A stretch of 64,000 nt of DNA from an uncultured Alphaproteobacteria bacterium (GTDB lineage Bacteria; Pseudomonadota; Alphaproteobacteria; Rhizobiales; Xanthobacteraceae): the NCBI GenBank assembly GCA_963786025.1, contig CAWAXK010000001.1, positions 5,876-69,875 on the forward strand, read 5' to 3'. Under the pieces are notes generated by a model. That model did not search any database, was not told the DNA's origin, and saw nothing but the letters and a program-made list of their open reading frames with translations. The position numbers and the translations under genes were made by a program. The stretch's first letter is position 1. Each line of letters begins with the position of its first letter. Below are positions 34,295 through 48,647 of this stretch, piece by piece.

Positions 34295-35447
34295 ATGAGT
34301 ATGGAGATCATGGGGCACTTGGGCGCCTTCGGCGGCCATATCGTTGGCTACGTCGTCCCGTTCCTGTTTGTACTGACAATTGTTGTTTTCTTTCATGAGC
34401 TTGGCCATTTTCTGGTGGCCCGTTGGTGCGGTATCAAGGTACTGACGTTTTCGATCGGCTTCGGTCCCGAAATCGTCGGCTTCTTCGACCGCTACGGCAC
34501 GCGCTGGAAAATCTCCGCGGTCCCGCTCGGCGGCTATGTGAAATTCTTCGGCGACGAAAACGCGGCGAGCGTGCCCGACCATGAGGCCGCCGCCGCCATG
34601 ACCGAGGCCGAAAAAGAAGTCAGCTTTGTCCACCAGCGGGTGGCGCCGCGCGCCGCGGTGGTGGCGGCCGGCCCGATCGCGAATTTCATCCTGGCAATCG
34701 TCGATTTTCGCCGCGGTCTTCATGACCGTCGGCAAGCAAACCACCAGCGCCCGCGTCGATGCGGTGCAGCCGGCGAGCGCCGCGCAGGCCGCCGGATTCA
34801 TGCCGGGCGATCTGGTGGTGGCGATCGACGGCGAGAAAATCGACAGTTTTGCCGACATGCAGCGCATCGTCAGCGTCAGCGCCGGCGAGGCGCTCAATAT
34901 CGAGGTCGAGCGCGGCGGCGTGCATGTCACGCTCAAAGCCACGCCGCAGCTCAAGGAGATCAAGGACAATTTCGGCAACGCCCACAGGCTCGGCGTGCTC
35001 GGCATTAGCCGGTCCATGGCGGCCGGCGACATTAAGACGCAGAAAATGGGACCGTTGCAGGCGGTCGCCGCCGGCGCGCAGGAAACCTGGTTCGTGGTCG
35101 ACCGTACGCTGGCCTATATCGGCGGGGTGTTTACCGGCCGTGAGGCAGCCGACCAGCTCGGCGGGCCAATTCGGATAGCCCAGGTCTCCGGCCAAGTGGC
35201 GTCCGCAGGTTTCGCCGCGCTCATGCACCTGACCGCGGTGCTGTCGATTTCAATCGGACTTCTGAACCTTTTCCCAATACCGCTGCTCGATGGCGGTCAC
35301 CTTTTGTTCTATGGAATCGAGGCGATTCGCGGCCGCCCGCTATCCGAGCGCGCCCAGGAGGTCGGGTTCAGGATTGGCTTGGCGATCGTGGTCATGTTGA
35401 TGATATTTGCAACGTTTAATGACATTCTGCACTTGGCAACCTCCTAG
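34295..35447 (+). CDS. rseP: RIP metalloprotease RseP/MmpA; apparent +1 frameshift at about 34703
   Basis: HELGH and AGPIAN in the first frame; PDZ domain and NLFPIPLLDGGH in the second. Removing one base restores LAIVIFAAVF. Confidence 0.9.
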
Positions 35448-35611
35448 AGCGTGTCCTACGGGCAACTTTATGAGGGGAAAGGGAAACTCGGTCCGGGAGT
35501 TTCGTTTGCAGCGCGCTTAAAACGCTGTACAAAGCGGACCAAAGCTAGCCCAACAGTCTGTCGGCTCCGCAATGGGGGCGGCCGCACGGGTAAATATAAG
35601 GCGCGTGGCGA

Positions 35612-38071
35612 ATGGGACTTGGTGTGCGGTTTTTACGGGGACTAGCCGTCGTCAGTTTGGTCCTCGGGGGATTCCTTGTCGGGACCGGGATTGTGGCTGT
35701 GGCGTCTTCGGGCGTCGCGGTCGCGCAGTCGGCTAATTCCATCGTTGTTCAAGGCAACCGCCGGGTCGAAGCCGAGACCGTCCGGTCCTATTTCAAGCCC
35801 GGCCCGGGTGGCCAGCTCGGTCCGGCGCAGATCGACGAGGCTATCCACGCGCTCTACGCCACCGGCCTGTTCGAGGACGTGCGCATCGACCATTCCGGCG
35901 GCCGGATGGTGGTCACCGTGGTCGAGAATCCGGTGATCAACCAGGTCGCGTTCGAGGGCAATAAGAAAGCCAAGGACGAGCAGCTCAAGGCCGAAATTCA
36001 GTCGAAGCCGCGCGGAACCTTATCGAAACCGGCCGTGCAGGCCGACGTGCAGCGCATCATCGAAATCTATCACCGCAGCGGCCGCTTCGACGTCAGCGTC
36101 GATCCGAAGATCATCGATCTGCCGAACAACCGCGTCAATTTGGTCTTCGAGATCAAAGAAGGCGCGAAAACCGGCGTAAAAGATATCCGTTTCGTCGGCA
36201 TCAAGGCGTTCTCGTCCGGCCGTTTGAAGGACATCATCAAGACCTCCGAAAGCAACTGGCTCAGCTTCCTGCAAACCACCGACATCTACGATCCGGACCG
36301 GGTGGAAGCCGACCGCGATCTGCTGCGCCGTTTCTATCTCAAGCACGGCTATGCCGACGTGCGCATCATCTCGGCAGTCGGCGAATACGATCCGGCCAAG
36401 AAGGGCTTCATCGTCACCTTCACCATCGATGAAGGTGCCCAGTATCACTTCGGCACGGTCGACGTGGTGTCGAACGTGCACGCGATCAGTCCGGCTTCGC
36501 TGCGCAACAGCCTCAAGGTTTCCTCGGGCAGCGTTTACAACGCCGATCTGGTCGAGAAGAGCGTCGAGGCCATGACGATCGAGGCGGCCAAGCACGGCTA
36601 CGCCTTCGCCAATGTGCGCCCGCGCGGCGACCGCGACTTTCAGAAAAAGATCATCAATATCGCTTTCGTGGTCGAGGAAGGCACGCGCGCCTACATCGAG
36701 CGCATCAATATTCACGGTAACACGCGCACGCGCGACTATGTGATTCGCCGCGAATTCGATATCGGCGAGGGCGACGCCTATAATCGCGCGCTGATCGACC
36801 GCGCCGAGCGCCGGCTGAAGAATCTCGACTATTTCAAGACCGTCAAGATCACCAACGAGCCAGGCTCGGCGCCCGACCGCGTCGTCATCAATGTCAACGT
36901 CGAGGAAAAGTCGACCGGCGAGTTCTCCATCTCGGGCGGCTACTCCACCGCCAACGGTTTCCTTGCCGAGGTCAGCGTCGCCGACCGCAACCTGATGGGC
37001 CGCGGCGAGTTCGCCAAAGCGTCGGTGAGCTATGGCCAGTATTCGCGCGGCTTCAATCTGTCGTTCGTCGAGCCCTATCTGCTCGGTTACCGCATGGCCG
37101 GCGGCATCGACCTGTTCGCGCGGCAGTCCTTCGCGACGTCGTACGTATCCTATGACACGCAGTCTGTCGGCGTTAATCTGCGCCTCGGCTTTGCGCTGTC
37201 GGAGGAACTCTCGTTAACGCCGCACTATTCGATTTACCGGCAGGAAATCACGCTGCCCGATCAGTACAATAACTGTATCTCGACCATTACGCCGATGTTC
37301 ACGCCGACTCCGGCTGGATACCTCCCGCACGCCCCCGGTGCTGTGGTGCCTGGTGACGAATGCTTCTCGGACGGCGAAGCTTCGCTCGCCGTGCGCAAGG
37401 AGCTGGCCAACGGTGCCGTGTTAACGTCCTTGGTTGGCTACACGCTGGCCTATAACACGCTCGATAACGTCAAATCCCCGACCAGCGGCCTCTATGCCTC
37501 GATCACGCAGGACGTCGCCGGCGTCGGCGGCGACGTGAATTTCGTCCGCACGACCGCGGAGACGCGCACGTATTACGAAATGCTCCCGGACATCGTCAGC
37601 GTGCTCCACCTGCAAGGCGGCAATTTGAGCGGCTGGGGTGGCAAGGACCTGCGCATGCTGGATCACTTCCAGATGGGTCCGAACCTGGTGCGCGGCTTCG
37701 CGCCATCCGGCATCGGTCCGCGCGACATGACGCCGGGCACCACCAACGATGCGCTCGGCGGCACCATGTACTGGGGCGCGAGCCTGGAGGCGCAGACGCC
37801 GCTCTATTTCCTGCCCAAGGAGATCGGCATCAAGGTCGCCGCCTTCGTCGATGCCGGATCGCTGTGGAACTATCAGGGGCCGACCAGTTGGAACGTGACC
37901 GGCGAAACGCTGAATGTCGCCGACAACATGACCGTGCGCTCGTCGGCCGGCATGGGCTTCATCTGGGATTCCCCACTCGGGCCATTGCGGTTCGACTTTG
38001 CTTATGCCCTGACCAAGGCGAGCTACGACCAAACGCAGTTCTTCCGCTTCAGCGGCGGCACGAAGTTCTGA
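35612..38071 (+). CDS. bamA: Outer membrane protein assembly factor BamA
   Basis: POTRA repeats (VQGNRRV, FEGNKK, GNTRTRD), VRGF motif, C-terminal F. Confidence 0.97.
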   Translation: MGLGVRFLRGLAVVSLVLGGFLVGTGIVAVASSGVAVAQSANSIVVQGNRRVEAETVRSYFKPGPGGQLGPAQIDEAIHALYATGLFEDVRIDHSGGRMVVTVVENPVINQVAFEGNKKAKDEQLKAEIQSKPRGTLSKPAVQADVQRIIEIYHRSGRFDVSVDPKIIDLPNNRVNLVFEIKEGAKTGVKDIRFVGIKAFSSGRLKDIIKTSESNWLSFLQTTDIYDPDRVEADRDLLRRFYLKHGYADVRIISAVGEYDPAKKGFIVTFTIDEGAQYHFGTVDVVSNVHAISPASLRNSLKVSSGSVYNADLVEKSVEAMTIEAAKHGYAFANVRPRGDRDFQKKIINIAFVVEEGTRAYIERINIHGNTRTRDYVIRREFDIGEGDAYNRALIDRAERRLKNLDYFKTVKITNEPGSAPDRVVINVNVEEKSTGEFSISGGYSTANGFLAEVSVADRNLMGRGEFAKASVSYGQYSRGFNLSFVEPYLLGYRMAGGIDLFARQSFATSYVSYDTQSVGVNLRLGFALSEELSLTPHYSIYRQEITLPDQYNNCISTITPMFTPTPAGYLPHAPGAVVPGDECFSDGEASLAVRKELANGAVLTSLVGYTLAYNTLDNVKSPTSGLYASITQDVAGVGGDVNFVRTTAETRTYYEMLPDIVSVLHLQGGNLSGWGGKDLRMLDHFQMGPNLVRGFAPSGIGPRDMTPGTTNDALGGTMYWGASLEAQTPLYFLPKEIGIKVAAFVDAGSLWNYQGPTSWNVTGETLNVADNMTVRSSAGMGFIWDSPLGPLRFDFAYALTKASYDQTQFFRFSGGTKF

Positions 38072-38105
38072 TCTTGATCGCGTTTGGCGGCATGGAACTG
38101 GCGGC

Positions 38106-39164
38106 ATGAGCGAGCCGGTATTCCAACGACGCACGCGGGGTCTCACTCTGGCTGAGATCGCAGCCTTGACCGGCGCCGCGCCGCCGCCGGCGCCGCTGTT
38201 GACGCGCCGCATTACCGACGTCGCGCCGCTCGATCGCGCCTCGCCGAGCGCCATCACTTTCTTCGACAACAAGACGTATGCCGCATCGGCGGCCGCCAGC
38301 CATGCCGGCGCCTGCCTGACCAGCGAGGCGCTGGCGAAGCTTCTGCCGGCGCGCATGGCCGCGCTCGTCGTGCGCGATCCGTTTCGCGCCTTCGTCGAGG
38401 TGGCGCGCGAACTATTCCCGCATGCATTGCGGCCGTCCTCGCTGACCGAAGCGGGCAGCGGCACCGGCGCCCATGTGCATCCGACCGCGCGGCTTGAAAG
38501 CGGCGTTACCGTCGAGCCCGGCGCGGTGATAGGACCGCTGGCCGAAATCGGCAGCGGCACCGTTATCGGCGCTACCGCCGTGATCGGAACCGAGGTGCGG
38601 ATCGGCCGCGACTGCTCGATCGGCGCCGGGGCGATAATTACCGACGCGCTGATCGGCGACCGGGTCATCATTCATCCGGGCTGCAAGATCGGTCAGGACG
38701 GCTTCGGCTTCGTGATGAACGGAAGTGGCCATCGCAAGGTACCGCAGGTCGGCCGGGTCATCATTCAGGACGACGTCGAGATCGGCGCCGGTACCACCGT
38801 CGATCGCGGCGCCATCCGCGACACCGTGATCGGCGAGGGCAGCAAGATCGACAACCTGGTTCAGGTCGGCCATAACGTAAGTATCGGCCGCCACTGTATT
38901 TTGGTGTCGCAGGCGGGGATTGCCGGCAGTTCGACCCTTGAGGATTTCGTTGTGCTGGGAGCGCGCGTCGGCGTAAATAACGACGCGACGATCGGCGAGG
39001 GAGCTCAAATCGCGGCTACCAGCAACGTAAATGGCATTGTCCCGCCCGGCGCACGGTGGGGTGGAACGCCGGCAAAGCCGCTCAAGCAGTGGTTCCGCGA
39101 GATGTTAACCGTCGAACGGCTTGCGCGCGCCAAAGACCGGACTGAAGCGCCAGCGGACGAATGA
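38106..39164 (+). CDS. lpxD: UDP-3-O-acylglucosamine N-acyltransferase
   Basis: Hexapeptide repeats, [22 protein letters not shown]. Confidence 0.96.
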   Translation: MSEPVFQRRTRGLTLAEIAALTGAAPPPAPLLTRRITDVAPLDRASPSAITFFDNKTYAASAAASHAGACLTSEALAKLLPARMAALVVRDPFRAFVEVARELFPHALRPSSLTEAGSGTGAHVHPTARLESGVTVEPGAVIGPLAEIGSGTVIGATAVIGTEVRIGRDCSIGAGAIITDALIGDRVIIHPGCKIGQDGFGFVMNGSGHRKVPQVGRVIIQDDVEIGAGTTVDRGAIRDTVIGEGSKIDNLVQVGHNVSIGRHCILVSQAGIAGSSTLEDFVVLGARVGVNNDATIGEGAQIAATSNVNGIVPPGARWGGTPAKPLKQWFREMLTVERLARAKDRTEAPADE

Positions 39165-39174
39165 GGCGATCTGC

Positions 39175-39645
39175 ATGGACGAAGCCGTAATAAAGATGGA
39201 AGCGGCCGATATCGCGGCGATCCTCAAATTGCTGCCGCACCGCTATCCGTTTCTCATGGTCGACCGGGTGATCGACATCCGCGGCGACGAATTTGGCATC
39301 GGCATCAAGAACGTGACGATCAACGAGCCGCATTTCATGGGGCACTTTCCCGGCAACCCGGTGTTCCCAGGCGTATTGATGATCGAGGGCATGGCGCAGA
39401 CGGCCGGCGTGCTCTGCATCGCCAAGTTTTTTAGGACGCAGCCGAAATCGGTGTACTTCCTGACCATCGACAAGGCGAAATTCCGCGCGCCGGTTTTGCC
39501 GGGCGACACCATCGAGTATCACATGAAGAGAGTGGCCCGCCGCGGAAACATGTGGTGGTACGGCGGCGAAGCCAAGGTAGCCGGCAGAATCGTGGCCGAG
39601 GCGAAAGTCGGCGCCATGCTCACCGAGGCGACAGCGCAGCCATGA
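39175..39645 (+). CDS. fabZ: 3-hydroxyacyl-ACP dehydratase
   Basis: [37 protein letters not shown]. Confidence 0.97.
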   Translation: MDEAVIKMEAADIAAILKLLPHRYPFLMVDRVIDIRGDEFGIGIKNVTINEPHFMGHFPGNPVFPGVLMIEGMAQTAGVLCIAKFFRTQPKSVYFLTIDKAKFRAPVLPGDTIEYHMKRVARRGNMWWYGGEAKVAGRIVAEAKVGAMLTEATAQP

Positions 39646-40445
39646 TCGATCCTACGGCGCGGATCGAGGCTACGGCAGCGATCGGACATGACGTTACCGT
39701 CGGCCCCTATTGCACCATCGGCCGGCATGTCACTATCGGCGACGGCTGCCGGCTGATCGCGCACGTCAATGTCACCGGGCACACCACGATCGGTGCCCGC
39801 ACCGTCGTCTATCCCTTCGCCTCGCTCGGCTCGCCGCCGCAGTCGGTGCACTATCGCGGCGGCGCGACCCGCCTGGTGGTCGGCGCCGATTGCGATATCC
39901 GCGAGAACGTGACGATGAACACCGGCACCGAGGATGGCGGCGGCGTCACCGAGGTCGGCGACAAATGCTTTTTCATGGTCGGTTCGCATGTCGCGCACGA
40001 TTGCAAGGTGGGCAACAATGTCGTCTTTGCCAATAACATCTTGCTGGCCGGTCATGTGACCGTCGGCGACTATGTTGTGTTCGGCGGCGGCGTGGCGGTG
40101 CGCCAGTTCGTTCGCATCGGCGCCGGCGCGATGATCGTCGGCTTGAGCGGCGTGCGCGCTGACGTGATCCCCTGGGGTACGGTGCACGGGCCGCTCGCCA
40201 ATCTCGTCGGTCTGAACGTGGTCGGCATGCGCCGGCGCGGTTTTGCCAAAGCCGACATCCACCGCTATCGCGAAGCTTATCGCGCGCTGTTTTTCGGCGC
40301 CGGCGAATTTCGCGCCAGGCTCGAACGCGTCGCCGCCGACTACGGCGGGGATCCGCAGGTTGTGAAAATGATCGACTTCATTCGCGCCGGCAAACGGCCG
40401 CTGACCATGGCCGGCAAACGTCGCGAGGCCGACGAGGACACATGA
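39642..40445 (+). CDS. lpxA: Acyl-ACP--UDP-GlcNAc O-acyltransferase
   Basis: [33 protein letters not shown]. Confidence 0.95.
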   Translation: MIDPTARIEATAAIGHDVTVGPYCTIGRHVTIGDGCRLIAHVNVTGHTTIGARTVVYPFASLGSPPQSVHYRGGATRLVVGADCDIRENVTMNTGTEDGGGVTEVGDKCFFMVGSHVAHDCKVGNNVVFANNILLAGHVTVGDYVVFGGGVAVRQFVRIGAGAMIVGLSGVRADVIPWGTVHGPLANLVGLNVVGMRRRGFAKADIHRYREAYRALFFGAGEFRARLERVAADYGGDPQVVKMIDFIRAGKRPLTMAGKRREADEDT

Positions 40446-41314
40446 CCGCCGCGCCGGCCGCGACCCAGGAAGGCCCGCTCGCGCTCGTATGCGGCGGCGG
40501 CAGCCTGCCTCTGGCGGTCGCCGATTATGCTGCCGCGCGTGGTCGTAAGGTGTTGCTGTTTCCGCTGCATGGCGCCGCCAAACCCGCCGATTTCGAGCGG
40601 CGGCCGCATCAATGGCTGTATTTTGGCCAAGGCGGAAAATTCATTCGGCTTGCACGCGCCGCCGGTTGCCGCGACGTGGTGTTCATCGGATCGCTGGTGC
40701 GCCCGGCCCTGTGGCAGATCAGGCCGGATTTCAAAGTGCTGATGCTGATGCCGCGGGTCGCCGCAGCCTTTCGCGGCGGCGATAACCATTTGCTGTCGGG
40801 GGTCGCGCGGCTGTTGGAGCGGGAAGGCTTCCGGGTGCTCGGCGCGCACGAGGTCGCTCCGGAAATCCTCGTGCCCGAAGGCACGCTCGGCCGCGTGCCG
40901 GCGTCGGAGCGCGATCGCGCCGATATTGCCTTGGGTCTCGATTATTTGCGGGCCACCGGCGCATTCGACGTCGGGCAGGCGGTGGTGGTTGCGGGAAAAC
41001 ATGTGTTGGCGGTGGAAGCGGCGGAAGGCACCGATGGCATGCTCGCGCGCGTGGCGGAGATGCGCGCCAGTGGCCGCGTGCGCGCCCCGGGCGGCACTGG
41101 GGTGCTGGTGAAGGCGCCCAAGCCCGGCCAAGACCGCCGCTTCGATCTGCCGTCGGTCGGCCCGCAGACGGTGGAAAACGCGGCGCGTGCCCGGCTTGCC
41201 GGCATTGCCGTGGTGGCGGACTTGACGATCATTGCCGAGCCGGAGCGGCTGATAGCGGCCGCCGACCATGCCAATCTATTCGTCGTCGGCGCGGCGGCCG
41301 TGGCCGAGCGATGA
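40442..41314 (+). CDS. lpxI: UDP-2,3-diacylglucosamine diphosphatase LpxI
   Basis: GGGSLP, GDNHLL, DVGQAVV, EAAEGTD, KPGQDRRFDLPSVG; position between lpxA and lpxB. Confidence 0.92.
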   Translation: MTAAPAATQEGPLALVCGGGSLPLAVADYAAARGRKVLLFPLHGAAKPADFERRPHQWLYFGQGGKFIRLARAAGCRDVVFIGSLVRPALWQIRPDFKVLMLMPRVAAAFRGGDNHLLSGVARLLEREGFRVLGAHEVAPEILVPEGTLGRVPASERDRADIALGLDYLRATGAFDVGQAVVVAGKHVLAVEAAEGTDGMLARVAEMRASGRVRAPGGTGVLVKAPKPGQDRRFDLPSVGPQTVENAARARLAGIAVVADLTIIAEPERLIAAADHANLFVVGAAAVAER

Positions 41315-42514
41315 CGCCCGTGCCACATGTCTTTCTGGTGGCTGGCGAGGACTCCGGCGACCGGTTGGGCGCGGCCCTGATTGCCGCCGTCAGGCAACGG
41401 TGCCCGGGCGCACGATTTTCCGGCGTCGGCGGCGTGCAAATGGCAGGCCTTGGCGTGCCAAGTCTGTTTCCGCTGGGCGAGCTTGCCATCATCGGCTTTG
41501 CCGCCATCCCGGCGAGCCTGCCGGAAATTTTCAAACGCATCCGGCAGACCGCCGACGCCGTCGTCGCCGCCAAACCGGATGTTCTGGTCATCATCGACAG
41601 TCCGGAATTCACCCATCGGGTCGCGCGGCGTGTGCGCGCGAGGGCGCCGGAAATCCCGATCGTCGACTATGTGTGCCCGTCCGTATGGGCGTGGCGGCCC
41701 GGCCGGGCGCGCGCCATGCTTTCGTATGTCGATCATGTGCTGGCGCTGTTGCCCTTCGAGCCGGCGGCGATGCAGCGGTTGGGCGGGCCGGCTTGCACCT
41801 TTCGTCGGTCATCCGCTTAGCGAAAGGGCCGGGCAGTTGCGTCCTAGCCCCGAGGAGGCGCGCCGGCGCGCGGCCGATCCGCCGCTGCTGCTGGTGCTGC
41901 CGGGCAGCCGCGCCAGCGAAATCCGGCGCCTGGCGGGCGTATTCGGCGAAGCGGTGGAGCTAGCTGCAAAGCGCGCCGGTGCGCTTGATGTGGTGGTGCC
42001 GGCAGTGCCGCGGCTTGCCGATACGGTGAAGGCGGCCGTCTCATCTTGGCGCATCCCAGCGCGGGTGGTGACCGATCCGGGCGAAAAGGATGCATCCTTC
42101 CGCACCGCGCGCGCCGCGCTGACCAAATCCGGCACGTCGACGCTCGAACTGGCGGTCGCCGGAGTCCCGATGGTTGCTGCCTATAAGGTGCCGTTGTTCG
42201 AGGAGCTAATCGCCCGTGTCCTGGTCAAGGTTCAAAGCGTGATTCTTGCCAATCTGGTCCTGGGCGAGAACGTAGTGCCGGAGCTTCTGCAACGGGACGT
42301 CACGGCGGAACGGCTGGCCGTGGCCCTGGCGCCGCTTTTGAGCGATACGCCGGAGCGCCGGAGGCAGATCGACGCCTTTGCCCGGCTCGATACGATCATG
42401 GAGATCGGCCGGGCCGTTCCCAGCGACCGCGCCGCCGCCGCTGTCCTGGATTGCGCCGGCGCCGGGATCCAACCGGACCGCGAAACAGTGGCGTCCGTCC
42501 CGCCAACAGCGTAG
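41311..42514 (+). CDS. lpxB: Lipid-A-disaccharide synthase; apparent +1 frameshift at about 41800
   Basis: AGEDSGD, IDSPEF, PSVWAWR, LLPFE in frame 1; FVGHPL, LPGSR, KSGT, LANL, VPEL in frame 2. Confidence 0.92.
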
Positions 42515-42562
42515 TTTGCCTGGCTTGGCCAAACAGGCTTATGCCTAGGCCGTTAATGGGAA

Positions 42563-43621
42563 TTGTCGCCTTTGACCTTTGCTCAACGCGCCTCGATTAC
42601 CGCGGTCCATGGCTACTTGCCGCCGGACCTGCTCACCAATACGGAACTGGCGCGCTTGGTGGACACCAGCGACGCCTGGATCACCGAACGTACCGGCATC
42701 AAGGAACGCCACATCCAGAAGGGCGAGGGGCTCGGCACTTCGCACATGGCGGCGGAAGCGGTGCGCGGGTTGCTGCAAAAGACCGGCACCAAGCCGGAAG
42801 AAATCGACCTGCTGATCTGCGCCACCACCACGCCGGACATGCAGTTTCCGTCGACCGCGAACATCATCTGCGACATGGTCGGGGTGAAGAATATCGGTTC
42901 ATTCGACGTGCAGGCCGCCTGCTCGGGCTTTCTCTATTCGCTCACCATCGCCTCGCAATTCATCGCCAACGGCACCGCGCGCAAGGTGGTGGTGGTGGGC
43001 GCCGACAAGATGTCGTCGATCATCGACTACACCGATCGCGCCACCTGCGTTCTGTTCGGCGACGCGGCCGGCGCCGTGCTGCTGGAGCCGAGCGTCGACG
43101 GCACCGGCATCATGGACGCGCTGATCCGCTCCGACGGCGCGGGCATGATCCATCTGCATCAGAAAGCCGGCGGCAGCCGCATGCCGGCGAGCGCGGAGAC
43201 GGTGGCCAAACGCCTGCACTACGTCCACCAGGAAGGCGCCGCGGTCTACAAATTCGCCATCGCCAAGATGGCGGAAGTGGCGGGCGAGATCATGAAGCGC
43301 AACAATCTGCGCGCCGACATGATCGACTGGCTGGTGCCGCATCAGGCCAACAACCGCATCATCGAATTGACCGCCGAGCGCATGGGCCTGCCGATGGATA
43401 AGGTGATGGTGACAATCAACAAATACGGCAACACCACCAACGCCACCATCCCGCTCTGCCTGTGGGACTACGAGTTGAAATTGAAGCGCGGCGACCGCAT
43501 GGTGCTGGCCGCTTTCGGTGGCGGCTTCACCTGGGCCGGCATCTACGTGCAGTGGTCCTACGACGGCGCCAGCGCGCCCAAGCTCAACGGCAAGAGCACA
43601 AACGGAAAGGGCGGCTCTTAA
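42563..43621 (+). CDS. fabH: Beta-ketoacyl-ACP synthase III
   Basis: WITERTGI, AACSGF (Cys), LFGD, PHQAN (His), YGNT (Asn), FGGGFTW; TTG start is uncertain. Confidence 0.93.
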   Translation: MSPLTFAQRASITAVHGYLPPDLLTNTELARLVDTSDAWITERTGIKERHIQKGEGLGTSHMAAEAVRGLLQKTGTKPEEIDLLICATTTPDMQFPSTANIICDMVGVKNIGSFDVQAACSGFLYSLTIASQFIANGTARKVVVVGADKMSSIIDYTDRATCVLFGDAAGAVLLEPSVDGTGIMDALIRSDGAGMIHLHQKAGGSRMPASAETVAKRLHYVHQEGAAVYKFAIAKMAEVAGEIMKRNNLRADMIDWLVPHQANNRIIELTAERMGLPMDKVMVTINKYGNTTNATIPLCLWDYELKLKRGDRMVLAAFGGGFTWAGIYVQWSYDGASAPKLNGKSTNGKGGS

Positions 43622-43651
43622 GCCGCCCTCCGCGAGTAACTTCCTGGGAGA

Positions 43652-44962
43652 CTATTTCCGTCTTGAAATCGGCACGTAATCGCGTTGCGCTGCGCCGGTA
43701 TAAAGCTGGCGCGGGCGGCCGATCTTCTGCTTCGGGTCCTCGATCATTTCCTTCCACTGCGCGATCCAGCCCACTGTGCGGGCCACGGCAAAAAGTACGG
43801 TGAACATGGTGGTGGGGAAGCCCATCGCCTTGAGCGTGATGCCGGAATAGAAGTCGATATTTGGATAGAGCTTCTTCTCGACGAAATAGTCGTCGTGCAG
43901 CGCGATCCGCTCCAACTCCAAGGCGACGTCGAGCAGCGGGTCGTCCTTGATGCCGAGCTCGGTCAAGACCTCGTGGCAGGTCTTCTGCATGATCTTGGCG
44001 CGCGGATCGTAGTTCTTATAGACGCGGTGGCCGAAGCCCATCAGGCGGTAGGAGTTGTTCTTGTCTTTGGCGCGCTTGATGAATTCCGGAATGCGGCCGA
44101 CCGTGCCGATCTCGCGCAGCATGTTGAGCGCGGCCTCGTTGGCGCCGCCATGCGCCGGGCCCCAGAGGCAGGCGCAGCCGGCGGCGATGCAGGCGAACGG
44201 GTTGGCGCCGGACGAGCCGGCCAGCCGCACCGTCGAGGTTGAAGCGTTCTGCTCGTGGTCGGCGTGCAGGATGAAGATGCGATCCATGGCGCGCGCCAGC
44301 ACCTTGTTCGCTTTGTATTCCTCGGTCGGCACGGCGTAGCACATGCGCAGGAAATTGGTCGAATAGTCGAGGTCGTTCTTCGGATAGACGAACGGCTGGC
44401 CGATCGAATACTTGTAGGCCATGGCGGCCAGCGTCGGCACCTTCGCGATCATGCGGATCGAGGCGATCAGGCGCTGATGCGGATCCGAGATGTCCGTGGA
44501 GTTGTGATAGAACGCCGACAGCGCGCCGATGCAGCCGGTCATCACTGCCATTGGATGGGCGTCGCGGCGGAAGCCCTGGAAGAACCGGGCCATCTGCTCG
44601 TGCACCATCGTGTGCCGGGTGACGGTATAGTCGAAGTCGGCCTTTTGTTGCGGCGTCGGCAGTTCGCCGTAGAGCAGCAGGTAGCAGGTCTCCAGGAAGT
44701 CGCCGTGTTCGGCGAGCTGATCGATCGGATAGCCGCGGTAGAGCAGGATCCCTTCATCGCCGTCGATGTAGGTGATCTTGGACTCGCAGCTTGCCGTCGA
44801 GGTGAAGCCCGGGTCGTAGGTGAACATGCCGCTCTCGCCGTAGAGCTTGGAAATGTCCAGCACGTCCGGGCCGATGCTGCCGCCGTAGATCGGGAAATCC
44901 CAGTTCTTGTTTCCGACGGTAATGCTGCCGGATTTATTCTTGGCGTCGGTCTTGGCATCCAT
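43652..44962 (-). CDS. gltA: Citrate synthase (type II)
   Basis: [52 protein letters not shown]. Confidence 0.98.
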   Translation of the reverse strand: MDAKTDAKNKSGSITVGNKNWDFPIYGGSIGPDVLDISKLYGESGMFTYDPGFTSTASCESKITYIDGDEGILLYRGYPIDQLAEHGDFLETCYLLLYGELPTPQQKADFDYTVTRHTMVHEQMARFFQGFRRDAHPMAVMTGCIGALSAFYHNSTDISDPHQRLIASIRMIAKVPTLAAMAYKYSIGQPFVYPKNDLDYSTNFLRMCYAVPTEEYKANKVLARAMDRIFILHADHEQNASTSTVRLAGSSGANPFACIAAGCACLWGPAHGGANEAALNMLREIGTVGRIPEFIKRAKDKNNSYRLMGFGHRVYKNYDPRAKIMQKTCHEVLTELGIKDDPLLDVALELERIALHDDYFVEKKLYPNIDFYSGITLKAMGFPTTMFTVLFAVARTVGWIAQWKEMIEDPKQKIGRPRQLYTGAAQRDYVPISRRK

Positions 44963-45170
44963 GGTCAAGCCCTCAATTTGGAGGCGGGCGATGCGTGTGG
45001 AAACTTTAAGGCCGGGAGCCGACACGCCGGTCGAGGCGAGCGTGGTTCCGGCGCTTTTTGGGTAGCCCATCCTTATGTGCGCTGCAAGATAGCCTATTTC
45101 ACAGGCCAGCCTGCCAATTAGACATAGATCAAACCGGCACGCTGAAGACGCAAAAATATCAACAGGATGG

Positions 45171-46592
45171 TTAGCTCGCTTGATCCTGCAAACGGCCCAG
45201 GCTCTCGTCCTTGCCCAGCACGGCTAGCACGTCGAAGATCGGCGGCGAGGTAGTCCGCCCGGTGAGCGCGGCCCGCAGCGGTTGCGCCACCGCGCCGAGC
45301 TTGAGGCCGGACCGCTCGGCGTAGCCGCGCACCACCGTCTCGATCGCCGTTGGGGTCCATTCGGTAACTGCCGCCAGTTCGGGCAGCAACGCAGCGGTAA
45401 CCGACTTCGCCTCGGGCGTGAGAATGGCCTTGGCCTGATCGTTCAAATCGAGCGGCCGGCTGGCCCAAAGAAAACGTGTTGCGTCAAAGAGTTCGACTAA
45501 AGTCTTGGCGCGCTCTTTCAAGGCCGGCATGGCCGTGAGCAGCTTGCCGCGCAGCGCTGGCGACATCTTGCTAGCAAGTTCCTGGCCGCCGACGATATGC
45601 GGCAGCAGACCTTCCAGGGTGGCGATCAGATCGGCGTCGGCGCTTGCCCGGATGTAGTGGCCGTTGAGACTTTCCAACTTGGCGAAATCGAAACGCGCCG
45701 GCGAGCGGCCGATCTGCGGCAGATCGAAAGCCGCGATCATCTCCTCGGTGGAAAAGATCTCCTGGTCGCCATGCGCCCAGCCGAGCCGGACCAGGTAATT
45801 GCGCATGGCCGCCGGCAAGTAGCCCATGGCCCGGTAGGCATCGACGCCGAGCGCGCCATGGCGCTTGGACAGCTTGGAACCGTCCGGCCCGTGGATCAGC
45901 GGAATGTGCGCCATGATCGGCACGTTCCATCCGAGCGCCTCGTAGATATGCTTCTGACGGGCGCCATTGGTCAGGTGGTCGTCGCCGCGGATGATGTGGG
46001 TCACGTTCATGTCGTGGTCGTCCACCACCACGGCCAGCATGTAGGTGGGGTTGCCATCCGAGCGCAGCAGCACCAGATCGTCGAGATCGGAATTCTGCCA
46101 GACCACGCGGCCCTGCACCTTGTCCTCGATCACGGTTTCGCCGGTAAGCGGGGCGCGCAGCCGGATGACCGGCTTGACGCCGGGCGGCGCCTCGGACGGA
46201 TCGCGGTCGCGCCAGCGCCCGTCATAGAGCTTGGAGCGGCCCTCCCGGCGGGCCGCTTCGCGCATGGCGGTGAGTTCCTCGGGGCTGGCGTAGCAGCGAT
46301 AGGCCTTGCCGGCCGCCAGCAGTTGCTCGACGATCTGGCGGTGGCGCGCCGCGCGCGAGTACTGGAATACGATCTCGCCGTCCCAGGCGAGCCCCAGCCA
46401 GGTGAGGCCATCGATGATGGCGGCGATGGCGGCGGCGGTCGAGCGCTCGCGATCGGTGTCCTCGATTCGCAGCAGCATCTTGCCGCCGAACCGGCGCGCA
46501 TAGAGCCAGTTGAACAGCGCGGTGCGGCCGCCACCGATATGGAGAAAGCCGGTAGGGGACGGCGCAAAACGGGTGACGACGGGCTCGCTCAT
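45171..46592 (-). CDS. gltX: Glutamate--tRNA ligase
   Basis: [34 protein letters not shown]. Confidence 0.97.
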   Translation of the reverse strand: MSEPVVTRFAPSPTGFLHIGGGRTALFNWLYARRFGGKMLLRIEDTDRERSTAAAIAAIIDGLTWLGLAWDGEIVFQYSRAARHRQIVEQLLAAGKAYRCYASPEELTAMREAARREGRSKLYDGRWRDRDPSEAPPGVKPVIRLRAPLTGETVIEDKVQGRVVWQNSDLDDLVLLRSDGNPTYMLAVVVDDHDMNVTHIIRGDDHLTNGARQKHIYEALGWNVPIMAHIPLIHGPDGSKLSKRHGALGVDAYRAMGYLPAAMRNYLVRLGWAHGDQEIFSTEEMIAAFDLPQIGRSPARFDFAKLESLNGHYIRASADADLIATLEGLLPHIVGGQELASKMSPALRGKLLTAMPALKERAKTLVELFDATRFLWASRPLDLNDQAKAILTPEAKSVTAALLPELAAVTEWTPTAIETVVRGYAERSGLKLGAVAQPLRAALTGRTTSPPIFDVLAVLGKDESLGRLQDQAS

Positions 46593-46731
46593 CGCGCGCC
46601 CTGTACCATAATTTCGGTAAAAAAAGTTAGTGCAATTGACATTGAGCCGAACGGCACGTCATGGGATTGGGCCGCCGCGAGCGGCGAGTTGGCATAGGCC
46701 GCCCAAGGGCGGGATTTGAGATCGAGGAAGC

Positions 46732-48444
<1,713 letters not shown>

Positions 48445-48448
48445 CCGC

Positions 48449-48550
48449 CATTCCTGGGCGTTCGCGAAGCGAGCGAACCCGGCATCCAGAACCAAACGCA
48501 GAACTCCTGCGCTGGAATCCGGGCTCGCGTCTTCGGCGTGCCCCGGAATG
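48449..48550. repeat. REP/RPE-like cruciform palindromic element
   Basis: CATTCCTGGGCG...CGAACCCGGCATCCAG....CTGGAATCCGGGCTCGCG...GCCCCGGAATG, nested inverted repeats just after the glnS stop. Confidence 0.75.
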
Positions 48551-48647
48551 CAGATGTGAGCGTTCACAACCGTTCCCCTAGCCACACCTGTGGCTGTTGT
48601 AGCGTTGCTTCCGGTTGTAATTGCGTGAGCGTCGGGGGCGCCGCGCC

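Noticed and set aside
38072..38105. Absence of skp/ompH between bamA and lpxD, and of coaX between birA and rnj
   Set aside because: Common gene orders in this lineage; not unusual.
41795..41810. Programmed ribosomal frameshifting in lpxB, rseP or secG
   Set aside because: No slippery heptamer or stimulatory structure; sequencing indels are the simpler explanation.
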